Shown: one piece after another, positions 44,043 through 55,600 of the stretch
How the letters are laid out: the number at the start of each line of letters is the position of its first letter
How positions within the stretch are numbered: position 1 is the first letter of the stretch
Origin: Octopus bimaculoides
Lineage: Eukaryota
DNA: 60,032 bases
Direction of reading: 5' to 3'
NCBI RefSeq assembly: GCF_001194135.2
Contig: NC_068991.1
Span: 40,707,994 to 40,768,025, forward strand
Made by a program: the position numbers and the translations under genes
The notes under the pieces: model-generated
What the model was told of the DNA's origin: nothing
What the model saw: only the letters and a program-made list of their open reading frames with translations
Database searches by the model: none

Positions 44043-45239
44043 GGTGTATAGGAGTGGAAATAGTGAGTGAAGGACCAAGGTAGTGGGAGCTGTTGTTGGC
44101 AGATATGGGAGGGTATACAAGAGAAAGTGGGAGCAAAAGAGAGGGGAATTCAGTAGAAAATAAGGTGGTAAGGGATGAGATTGAGAATGCTGGTAACAAA
44201 AGGAGGTGGTTCCAGTGAAAGTGATAACTAGTAGTGGAAAAGGGGGATGAAATATGTACAGTTGTATTCTCATGTAGTTACAGCAACTGAGTGAACAAGA
44301 CTGCAATCAGAAGGATGATGGAAGGGTAGGCATTAAGGAGAGGAGTTGTGAGGAAGAGACCTAACATGAACAGACTGGGATGAGGCTCTAAAAGCATAAA
44401 AATTATATACTTTTAGAGCCTTATTTTTACTGAGATGAGCAGGTCTTCTTGATCACTATAAATCACCAATCATCTGGGTCCCTTGACATCTATTCTATGA
44501 GGTTCAACGCCTTGAAGTCAATCTTCACTACTTTATCCCACATCTTCCTGGGTTTCCCTCTAAGGTGTAATTATTCCATAAAGATGTGGATTCATTTCTT
44601 GTACGTCAATCAATTACATAGGTAAAAAATGGAGATATTGATGAAGTGATTGCTGAGTGAGCTCTGAATATCAGGAATTATGTATATTTGTGATTCACTG
44701 AACCAATGCTGGTTTCTGTAGCTTTAATGGGATGAGAGCTAAGTTTCACCATGGACAGGACACCAGTCTATCATCACTGTCTTTTCCTACGAGAAATCTA
44801 AGTGAGCTGTCTAGTTTGTATTGTCGACGATGTCTATGTGTAGAATACTAAAAACAGTGAAGTGTAGAATCACACAGATGTGCTGTCATTAGTATGCAAA
44901 AGGAAAAATGTAAGAGACATAATCATACTTCGGGGTTCACCAGAGTTCATAGAATAGGGATCAGAGACAACCCTGGAAACACATGAAGCAATCTGACTCT
45001 CCAGTGGTACACAACACGCTAACACTCCCTAACCTATATACACATTTACAAAAATCACAGAAACTTGATGTACTATATACAACCAAGTTCCTCCAAATCA
45101 CACCATACCATCTTACATTAAGAAAGCATACATTAGCTAATGTAATTCTATATATGTGAAGAAACAATGCAAATATAGAAGCTAACAGCAAACCATCCAA
45201 AGAATGTTTTTTCTTACTTGTATATAACAATCTTAGTTG

Positions 45240-45640
45240 AAACTAGAAAAGCACTCAGAGAGCGAAGACCTCTGCCAAGCTCATTTTAAGATAGATACGC
45301 AAGTAAAATTACTAATAGAGAAACGAAAATATACTTTGGAAACAGCAACGCCACCATAGGTTACGTGGAAACGATGAACGTATTTTCAAGGGAAATAATC
45401 AAAAAACGTAACAATAATTCATGTAAAGTAAATATAACATGAAAAATCCTTCAAGAATTCGTAAAATTCCCAGATCATTATCAAAATTTCATCATCTGTT
45501 CCTTGTGTCGTTACCAACATTTCCTGCAAGTTTCATCAAATACCGTTCACAACTTTTTGAGTTATTTTGCACACAGACCGGCAGGCGGATAAACCAACGC
45601 CGATGAAAACATACTCTCCTTCCTTGGCGGAGGTAATTAG
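45240..45640. mobile_element. Helentron-associated (HINE-like) non-autonomous element
   Basis: Subterminal inverted repeats acctctgccaag (45268-79) and cttggcggaggt (45623-34), 11/12 complementary. Confidence 0.55.
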
Positions 45641-45684
45641 TGCAATAACTTTTTTAGGTACCCATAAATATTGTATATATCTTT

Positions 45685-46020
45685 CATTTGTTTTGGTCAT
45701 TAGACTGTGGCCATGCTGGGGCACTGCTTTCAAGAATTTTAGTTGAACAAATCAACCCCAGTACTTTTTTTTTAACCTGGTACTTGTTCTGTTGTTGTCT
45801 TTTGCCAAACTTCTAAGTTACGGGGACGTAAATACACCAACATTAATTTCCAAGCCATGGTGGGGAACAAAGACACAGACACTCTCTCTCACTCACTCAG
45901 TACATTTTCAGTTTCCACTTATCAAATCCACTCATGACGCTTTGGTCGGCCCGGGGTTATAGTAGAAGATACTTGCTTAAGATGCCACGCAGTGGGATTG
46001 AACTGAGAACCAAGTGGGTT
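45685..46020 (-). mobile_element. SINE family B
   Basis: Reverse copy with tail and head. Confidence 0.8.
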
Positions 46021-46039
46021 ACGGGCATTTTTACATACA

Positions 46040-46295
46040 TATACCGAAAGATCACCTATTAAGGTAAATCTCCGAACAAATTTAATATGACTGTAGCATG
46101 GCTGGACCTTTCAAATACAGTTATAATCTATTTGACGGGCTTCCATAAATGTTTCCTCTACTAAATTTAATTAGCAAGACTAAGTAAACAAATACTACAT
46201 TAAAAGACACCTAGTAATGATTTCAGGTATTGAGATCGAACCCGGGATCTCCTGATTATGAAATATGCTAATTAACTATTTGGCCATATTTGCAT
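46040..46295 (-). mobile_element. Old tRNA-headed SINE (family C-like) abutting the DcpS start
   Basis: Minus strand TGGCCAAATAGTTAA (A-box-like) and GGGTTCGATCTC (B-box-like); weak similarity to the family C core. Confidence 0.5.
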
Positions 46296-46302
46296 ATAAA
46301 GA

Positions 46303-46312
46303 AAGATGGCGG
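46303..46312 (+). promoter_or_regulatory. YY1-like motif overlapping the DcpS start codon
   Basis: AAGATGGCGG matches the YY1 consensus; lies in a locally CpG-retaining region. Confidence 0.45.
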
Positions 46313-46621
46313 AGAGTGGAGAACCTGTTTCAAAGAAGCAGAAAGTAGAAGAGTTTCATAAAGTTAGGAAAGATCTTAACAACTTTCAAGTCATCAAAGT
46401 TTTAAGAGAAGATTCTGCTAAAAAGCTTTTGGTCGTCGAAGGTAGAATACAAGGCAGTTCTGATGAAACTAGCAACGAAAACAAAGCCGTATTGTTTCTT
46501 GAACGAAATCCAATAAATATCGAATACGCCAAAGAATTAGTTCTTTCAGATCATATCGATGTCAGCTTTCGCAACGATTGTTATTATTCTTTATTGTTGG
46601 CGCCTTCGGAACCAAGTTACG
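46306..46621 (+). CDS. DCPS: DcpS exon 1
   Basis: aagATGg start, N-terminal PVSKKQK basic motif, G|gtaaaa donor. Confidence 0.88.
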
Positions 46622-49600
46622 GTAAAACATACCATTCATTTATTTTAAATAGATATAACGTAACCAGTTTGATATTTTCTCGATATATTATTCGCCGTCA
46701 TTTTCTTGATTTTATTTCTGCATAAATATGAAAAAAAATAGGTGCAACTTGAAGAAAAGTATGAGACCAGTAAGAGAATAAGTTATCCTCGTGTTTATAG
46801 TTCTAATTCAAATTGGTCTATGTATGTGTATTTGTGTGGTTTTCTCGGAGATGCATGTACGTAAGTTCACGATTTTTAACTTTTATCCAAATTAGCGATA
46901 TCTCAGAGAACTAACCAACAGCGAAATAGACATATATAGGACTGTATTTAAAAGACCAATTTGAATTTAGGACCGTAAAAGCGAAGACATCCCCTGAAAA
47001 TCCAATAGTGTAGCTGATATTTGGAATTTTCTTAATTTTATTCCTGCATACAAAAGTAAACCGTCAACAATTTCGTTTTTCCCGCTCGTTGAATGTCGCT
47101 ACTTTCTTTATTGACTGTTATTTTATAAAAAGTTCACATTTCTTTTCCTTTGGGTATTTTTTACTAGGTTATGTCACGTAATATTTTCTTAAATTTTATT
47201 AGACGTTTGTTTATTGTTTTTTTGTTTTTTTTTACGGCAGCAAATTTCTCTTTCTTCACACACTGTGGTTCCTTTGGTAACGAGCATAATTACAGATGTA
47301 TGCCCCTCCTCCGACTTAGTTGCCTCATAACTTCCAGAAAAATGGATACTTTTTAACGAAACTTTCAACAAATAATCGCTTAGATCCTGTAAATTGTGTG
47401 TATATAAAGATTTGTTGGAAAATTCACACGACCTGACATTTTCCTTCTCCTAACTTTCAGGAAAAAGGGTATTTTTTAATGAAACTTTATATAAACACCT
47501 TTCAAATTGTGTAGATTACGATTACAANNNNNNNNNNNNNNNNNNNNNNNNNNNNNNNNNNNNNNNNNNNNNNNNNNNNNNNNNNNNNNNNNNNNNNNNN
47601 NNNNNNNNNNNNNNNNNNNNNNNNNNNNNNNNNNNNNNNNNNNNNNNNNNNNNNNNNNNNNNNNNNNNNNNNNNNNNNNNNNNNNNNNNNNNNNNNNNNN
47701 NNNNNNNNNNNNNNNNNNNNNNNNNNNNNNNNNNNNNNNNNNNNNNNNNNNNNNNNNNNNNNNNNNNNNNNNNNNNNNNNNNNNNNNNNNNNNNNNNNNN
47801 NNNNNNNNNNNNNNNNNNNNNNNNNNNNNNNNNNNNNNNNNNNNNNNNNNNNNNNNNNNNNNNNNNNNNNNNNNNNNNNNNNNNNNNNNNNNNNNNNNNN
47901 NNNNNNNNNNNNNNNNNNNNNNNNNNNNNNNNNNNNNNNNNNNNNNNNNNNNNNNNNNNNNNNNNNNNNNNNNNNNNNNNNNNNNNNNNNNNNNNNNNNN
48001 NNNNNNNNNNNNNNNNNNNNNNNNNNNNNNNNNNNNNNNNNNNNNNNNNNNNNNNNNNNNNNNNNNNNNNNNNNNNNNNNNNNNNNNNNNNNNNNNNNNN
48101 NNNNNNNNNNNNNNNNNNNNNNNNNNNNNNNNNNNNNNNNNNNNNNNNNNNNNNNNNNNNNNNNNNNNNNNNNNNNNNNNNNNNNNNNNNNNNNNNNNNN
48201 NNNNNNNNNNNNNNNNNNNNNNNNNNNNNCGGTACATATTTGAGTGAGAAAAAAACAAGGAGGGTAGTCTTGCGATGTGCTAGAAACAACAGCCAAATCT
48301 CCCTTAAATCACACACTTTTTCCTCTTCCCCGTCCAAAAAAAATTTGCTTTCAGATTTCTTTGTAATCGTAGTCTACACCGTTTGAAAGGTATTTGTATA
48401 AAATTTCATTAAAAAATACCCATTTTCCTGAAAGTTATGAGGGGGAAAATTTCGGGTCGTGTGAATTTTTCGAAACTCCTCCTTAATCCCTCGGAAAAAT
48501 TTTTTCCAACAAATCTTTACATACACTCAATCTACAGAATCTAAGCGATTATTTGTTAAAAGTTTCGTAAAAAAAGTATCCATTTTTTTTGGAAGTTATG
48601 AGGCAACAAATTCGGGGGCGGGGTATACATCTGTAGTTATGCCTGGTAACGAATGCTTTTCTATTAATTTGTTAATGAATAAAAGTGTGGCAACGAATGA
48701 TTTCCTTACATAAAAATTTACCAAAATTAATTTTAAAACTCCTGTTACGAAATTTACTTCGACGGGTTTGATCATTTTCAAGGGAAAAGTATTAGCTAAA
48801 AAGCGCGACGATAGCAGGTTTAATAACACTGATGCCTATTTTCTCGATCTCTATATCTAGTGAATATATTTCGAATTAGCTCTGATTGTCTAAGGTTGTT
48901 CGTCAGTTGGAGACTACATTAGATCAAACACCGTGTCTGATGATCCACCGTCTTGTAAATGTTATACACACCGTTTATTTGCTATTTATGTGAATTAAAG
49001 AAAAACAATTAGCAGGTGGGTGACTAGATCATTTATTTGCAAAAGAGCTAATTCTATTTACGAACAGCTTGGAAAATAAGAGGAATTTAAAACTAGCGAA
49101 GGTGGGCTCGAATTGTTCAAAAAACGTTCTGGGATTAACATTATTACGAGACATGGCGAAGATGCCAACTAAGACACAGTTGCTGCATGAGCATATTGTG
49201 TTGGACTTATGAAGGAAAGTAATTTGTGTTCTCATGATGAGACTGGTTTTTTTTGTTTGTTTTTTTGGTGGGGAGGATATTCATGAAGTCCTACATTATA
49301 CAGAAGACCTTGTTGTCTAAACATAAACCGATGGATAGGCAAATGGTACTTTTCTGAACTAGTGCTTTGAACCCAGTGGCAACACACACACACATTCATT
49401 CCTCATGAATATATATGCTAATCTGTAACTGTCCAATTTGGATTCTTCAGCAATTTTCACTGAATCAGTATCATCATATCTACATTTACTGTCTGTTTTC
49501 CATGCACAGGACAACATCAAGTTCTAATGTCACCTTCGGTGTGGTTTTTAAGGTTGGATGTCCTTCCTAAAGCCAACTGCATTACAGTGTGTACTGGGTA

Positions 49601-52600
49601 CTTTTTACATGGCATCAGCACTATTGAGGTTGCCAAAGAACAAAGGCAGCTGCTGTCAAGCAAATTTATCTGGCACAAGTATGGCCAAGCAAATCAAGGA
49701 CTAGACCAGGACTTGCATCCCCTATCAACACACCAAAGCACCCCTCGGCATCTATGAAACCAGCCCATCTCCATGTTGACAGTCCCATTCAGGTAGCCCA
49801 ACCACCAAACAGGGGCTGCCCTAGGTTGATCACACTAACTCTTGACAAGGAACAGCCACCAAAGAACCGAGTAACCACATGCATGGGCAGGACATTTAAA
49901 ACGCCTTCCCATTTCCAATGATAGTCAACAGTACTGTGGGGGGAGCTATGTAGAGCAGGATTCATAACAGATGAACTGTAGACAGGAACTTTGCTGTGGG
50001 CTAGCTAGGGAGTTGGACGTCCAAAGAGAGAAGGGAAACAAAATAATGTTAGCAGTGAGCGTTAAATGAATCTGAATTAACTAAACAGAAATAACTGGCG
50101 ACTTAAGCCCTAATGTACGTAAAGTAATAAACCTTTGATAAATACATTCTCATCTCCACTAGTTTGTTTGTGTATAACTTAACAAAGCTATAAGCTCTTA
50201 CTAAGTGGGCGGAGAGTGAGAAGGGGCAGTGTCTTTATGCCAGTTGTTGAAAGGTTAAAGTATGATAGAAAGGCAAGCACAGGTGTCTTCCAGAAATAAC
50301 ATCAACTGCTTTAATTAATGGCTTTGAAGAGAACAAAAATAATTGAATAGTTTTACTAAATGGATGACATGGGCATATTTTTGCAATTTGTTTGACATAT
50401 CTCAAACCATTTTTTTTATGAGCCCTTTTCCAGGGAACTACACCAATGTGTGCAAAATATCAGGTGGATCGTTGAAATTGTCATAAGGTAATAAATAGGT
50501 TCATTACTTATACAAAATTGTCCAGGTAGTTGTTAGGCCAAAATTTAAGATTACCGTAAAAACCCATGTAATTTACGCACTTTTTTTCACAAAAACAAAA
50601 ATAAACTTTAGTGGGTGTGTAAATTACATGAGTGGATTGTTTCCAGAATGTTTTAGAAATTTTTTTTGTTGAAAAATGACATACAAATGTAAACATTTGT
50701 ACAGGAAGTTGACTCATTTAATGTCAAAATAGGTTTTTACAGAAAAAATATTGTTGACTTTTATTTATGCTGGATGGTATATAATACTTTTTCTGTATAA
50801 ATTTACTAAAACTGTTAACAGTTTTACATGAGTAGCTTTCCTGAAAATCACTTGCATAAATTACATGGGTTTTTATGGTATCTATCACAAGGACAAATTA
50901 CCACCAAGATTCCACCAATGCATGATTTGAGTAAATAGATGCAAAAATGCTCCAGCAAATATGAAAATTAATAAATTACTGAGGAAAAGTAAGAATACTG
51001 TTGTACTCCTCCAAATTCGTTTCTGAGGTTACTTTAGATAAATCAAACATACAATTTTGTCCAATGTGACCTGCTCTTTTGAGATTTAAGAAAGATTTTT
51101 CTCTTAGGTTTAGCAGCTATTAAGGCATCCTCATGAGCTTGTAACTAATGGGACAAATGTTAGTAACATGGAATGAAAGAGATATAAAATGTACAGATTT
51201 TTGTGAAAACAAGCTAGTAAGCTAAGAATTACTAATAACAGAAACCTAAGTATGTCTAACTTAAAACTTGAATGATATCATTAGAATTCAAAGAACTACT
51301 AGTAGTTTCCATTGGCAGGAGTCAATACAATAAAACCAACAAAAAAATTGATATGAAGAAAAGTAATGCGTAACATTTCAAACACACCCTTCTTTACTGA
51401 TTATGAGCTCTGCCCAAAATACTAGTTATTTTCTTTGCTCCTGATAATCTTACATCATTGTTTGTCTCAAGGAGTTAAATTATAAAATGCACTTTAACCA
51501 TTTAGCATATTCAGGTTACTCTATCAAATGTGATATTTATTTATTCACATTGTTTTGAATTAACCATCCATTGTTTCATAGCTTCAAGATTTCTATGATG
51601 TGATTGTTTATTTTTAGAACAACCCTGTAGGGTTGGGGTGAGAGGCTGGATCTGGTTGGTTTGAACATAAAACTGGTAGACTCTTTGGGGTGGATATGGT
51701 CAGTTTGAATGCTAAAGGGTTAAAAAAATGGTTATAGTTGTTGGCCAATCCTGATCAACGAGACTTAGAATCAAAGGTGTTTTGATTGTTACCATCCTGT
51801 ATTTTTTGTATAAATTATGATTCTGGTTGCTGTTTTCAGGAGTCTGGGAGACCACATAGAGACTTGTTATTTTCAGCTGTTTGTTTACATAAGTTTTTTT
51901 TTTTCTTTGCAGATGTAAAAGCAACATTTATTAATCCTGCCACGGACTTTCACATTACCAAATATACTCAGCAAGAGTGTTTTGTTGTTCATGAAACACC
52001 AGAGATATATCAGAAAATTGCTTTGCCAGCCTTAGAAAAGGAAGCCTTTTGTTTAGAAGTATGTATTTTATCTTTTTTTCTCTCTAAGGAATTAATTTGT
52101 AGTGTTTTGGCCATGGAATAGCTTTCAGCCCATAAAGAAAAAGTGTAAAAAAATACTGAAAACTCAGCACATTTTATGTGAAATAGAAATGAAAAGACAA
52201 GCTCTTTGATTTACAGAGAATTATTTTATAATGTTGCTATTTTTAATTTATTTTGCAAAAATTTTCATCCAAAACTGTATTGAGACCAATATTTTTATAA
52301 TTCAGAAGAGTCATGCTAATAAAGTCTATAAACACACTCATACATACAATATAGTTGTTGTTGTGTGTGTAATGAAATAAAAGTGATGATACCAGTCACA
52401 CCATCATGTTCACAGGTGACACTGACTTCAAAAACTTAGCAATATCCCTTCCATTATATTCCATCTCCTTGAAATTTAGCTGTTATCTTTGCAAAACTCA
52501 GTCTTATTCCCTCTCTCTCTCTCTCTTTCTCTCTTAAATGTCTCCCATCGCCCCTTAGATTAAGCTCTGTGACCCAACCATTTCTGACCAATTTCTCTCA

Positions 52601-55600
52601 TTTCTACCATCTTAAAGAGTATGGAAACAATCATAAACAAACACTTCCATCCACTTCACTCTCTTCCTCCTACTGTAGAACCAATTCCAACACTCATATG
52701 TCACCCACTAAAAGATCCCTTTCTTTTAAGAATTTTGCTGAAAGCCATGTTGTTACCTTTAACACAAGGTTGAATAGAAGTGAGAAGTGATGAAATTAAG
52801 GAGGTAAAGGAGTATGTCTTGTTAGTGCACACAGTGAATATGTGCTGAGATTTGGATGCTGAAATCTCAAAGACAATAAGAGCAGAATGGATGGCATTTA
52901 ACTCAATAAAGGATGTGCTTGGAACAAAGCTAGACAATGCCATATGTGCCAGACTCTTCAGTAGCACCATTCTACCTGTGCCCTCATATGCAAATAAGAT
53001 GTGCGCTACTACAAAAAAGGATTGAACATCAATTGGCTACAGCATAAAGGGCTATGGAAAGATCCATGCTAGGAGCATCACAAAGAGAGCACATTCAAAA
53101 TGAGATTTGAGAATGGAGCAGAGTGAACAATGTGATCAGAGTACTGAAAGCACAAGTTCTGTTGCGCCAGACATGTTGCAAGATTCACAGACAACATGCA
53201 AGAGACCCAGAGACCCATGCAAGTTGCCATGTAGTATCCAAAAGATTGGAAAGGGCCACCGGGAAGTCCACCGTGATATTGGAAGACAATTTAGTCAAGC
53301 AATTTGGGTCAAGATAGAAAACAATGGTGCAATCAAGACAAAATTGGAAGCACATTGTTATCAGCAGTGTACTATGAATGATACATATTTATAGTCCACT
53401 CTGCAGAGTAGTTGGTGTTAGGAAGGCATCCAGGTGTAAAAACCCTGCCAAAGCAGACACAGTAGCATAGGGTAGTTTTTGTACTTGGCCAGCTCCTGTG
53501 AACTGTCCTATCCATGCATGCATGGAAGATGGATATTAAGCGATGATGATGAGATATATATATATATGTGCACACAAACTTAGCAAAGACTAAGTAAGGT
53601 TTTTGTATGTAGGAAAGAAGATAGGACCCTGGTGTCTTCACGGAAATAACTTTGCTCAATATACAGGAAAGGAGTATAAACTCCATATGTTATAATCAAT
53701 GTAAGCTATGGGCACATAAGAGGTGTAGTGGAATCATAGGCAATCTAATAGAGAAAGTAAGCTTTGTGACATGCACTGGAGCAGTATGTATTATGAGCAA
53801 TCAGAAATAGATTCTCTTAAATGTCCAGATAGCTCACTAGAAGTAGTTGATAGCTTTTTATTACCTAGGTGATGTAATAAGCAGGGGAGGTAGTGGCAAC
53901 CTCACTAGAGCTGGTGACACACAAAGTACTCTGTACATGCCGTAAGGTGGTTGGCATTAGGAAGGGCATCCAGCCATAGGAACCATACTAAAGTAGACGG
54001 TAGACCACAATGCTGTCCTGGGACCTTTCAGGTCCTATAAAACCATTCAACCCCTATCAGCAAGGAACATGGACGTTAAATGATGTTAATAATATATAAT
54101 TATTATTGGCAGAAGTTACAAAGGGATTCAAGAGCAAAAGAATTTCATGTGTGGCACTTATCAAACAATGAAATATGTATATGACATATACATATATAAT
54201 CTCGATACAAAAGCAAACAATTCACGAGAAAATTAATTCACAAAAAATTAATTTGCAAAAATATCATTAATTCTGTTACTATCCAATGTAACTAATTTTG
54301 AAAATAACAGAATCGCCTATGTACATGCATGCATGTATTAAATGATTATGAATGTGTTAAATGATTATAAATAAAAATAAATGTATAAAATTTAACATGC
54401 ATACATACATACAGACAGACATTCTATCTATCTATCTATCGGTTTTCTTTTCAGTGGGTATATAACATATTGGATAAGAAATCTGAAACGGAGAGAATTT
54501 TATATGAAGACCCAGATCCTGAAAAGGGATTCATTTTATTGCCTGATCTTAAATGGAATGGCATTGATATTGATTCCCTGTACTTTGTAGCCATTGTCCA
54601 TAAACGGAACCTCAAATCAATTCGTGATCTCAACCAGTCACATTTACCAATGCTCAAGTCTATTCTCACTGAATGTCCTGTAAGTTTTCCCTTTCTTTCT
54701 CTTATTTGTCATTACAAGATTAATTAAGAAGTACTAGTTGGTGTTTCAGCAGTTTGGAAATATTACAGTATGCCTGACATTTATTTTATATTATTATGGA
54801 GTTGTACCCCTTTCATATCTGTTATCAATCTGCTATTATCTGTTGAAACTAAAAATTTACATTGTGGTAGTCAGAGTAGCCACTAAATTCACACATACAT
54901 CTTAACACTTAAATGGCTAACATGAATCTACCACAAGTTGTATTTCATAATATTTAATTTGATTCATGTTTTGCCATCTTCAAACATTCTGTTGGTTATT
55001 TCTCAACAGAGTGTACTAATTTGGTTGGTTCATTTTTCTGTAACCAAACTAGTTAATAAGCTGATTTATTCCAACAGAGTTGGCCTTCTGTGGGCTTCAT
55101 CAATATTTGAATGTATTAAATGATTATAAATAAAAATAAATATATAAAATGTAATAAAATTTAACTGATGTAACAAAGTTTGTTCAATACCCTCTTAGGG
55201 TACTTAATTACATCAAATATGAATTATTGAACCATCAGAAATGTTAGTGTCCTGAACAATATTGTCCATATAGCAATGTTGAACTTGTGTATTTCAAGTT
55301 CAACTCATGTCAAGGTAAATAGAAATGAATACCAGTTTGCAGTAGAATTAATGTAGTTTACTACTCCTTGACAAACTTGTTGCTTGTTACTATGTAAACC
55401 ATCATCATTACCCTTGACTCAGCACTTATATTAAGTCTTATACTTATTCTATTGGTCACTTTTGTGAAACCAGTAAGCTATTGGTCATAAACAAACCAAC
55501 ACCTATTGTCAGGTAGTGGTGGGGGGGGACAAACACACACACACACACATATATATATATTATCATCATCGTTTAACGTCCGTTTTCCATGACTGGGTGC

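Larger units (their letters stand above)
39554..44385 (-). mobile_element. Near full-length decayed RTE-clade LINE (APE endonuclease, RT, PHD finger) carrying nested SINE and solo LTR
   Basis: EN: HGGYGFGSRNEEGTRLL..C; RT: GVHQESVLSPLLF and YADD region; C4HC3 finger; RGRP.KTWD C-terminus; (GAT)n tail. Confidence 0.9.

Noticed and set aside
46221-46295. Functional tRNA-Met gene on the minus strand
   Set aside because: A CAT anticodon-like loop is present but the acceptor stem and D arm do not pair; treated as a SINE or tRNA relic.
46295-46300. TATA box of DcpS
   Set aside because: Only 5 nt before the ATG; it would place the TSS inside the coding region.
47476-48337. ORFs spanning the second gap
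   Set aside because: Artefacts of N runs.
48855-48975. Hammerhead-like cores on both strands
   Set aside because: CTGACGA...GAAATATAT and CTGATGA are present, but stem I does not close; possibly Penelope debris, too decayed to call.
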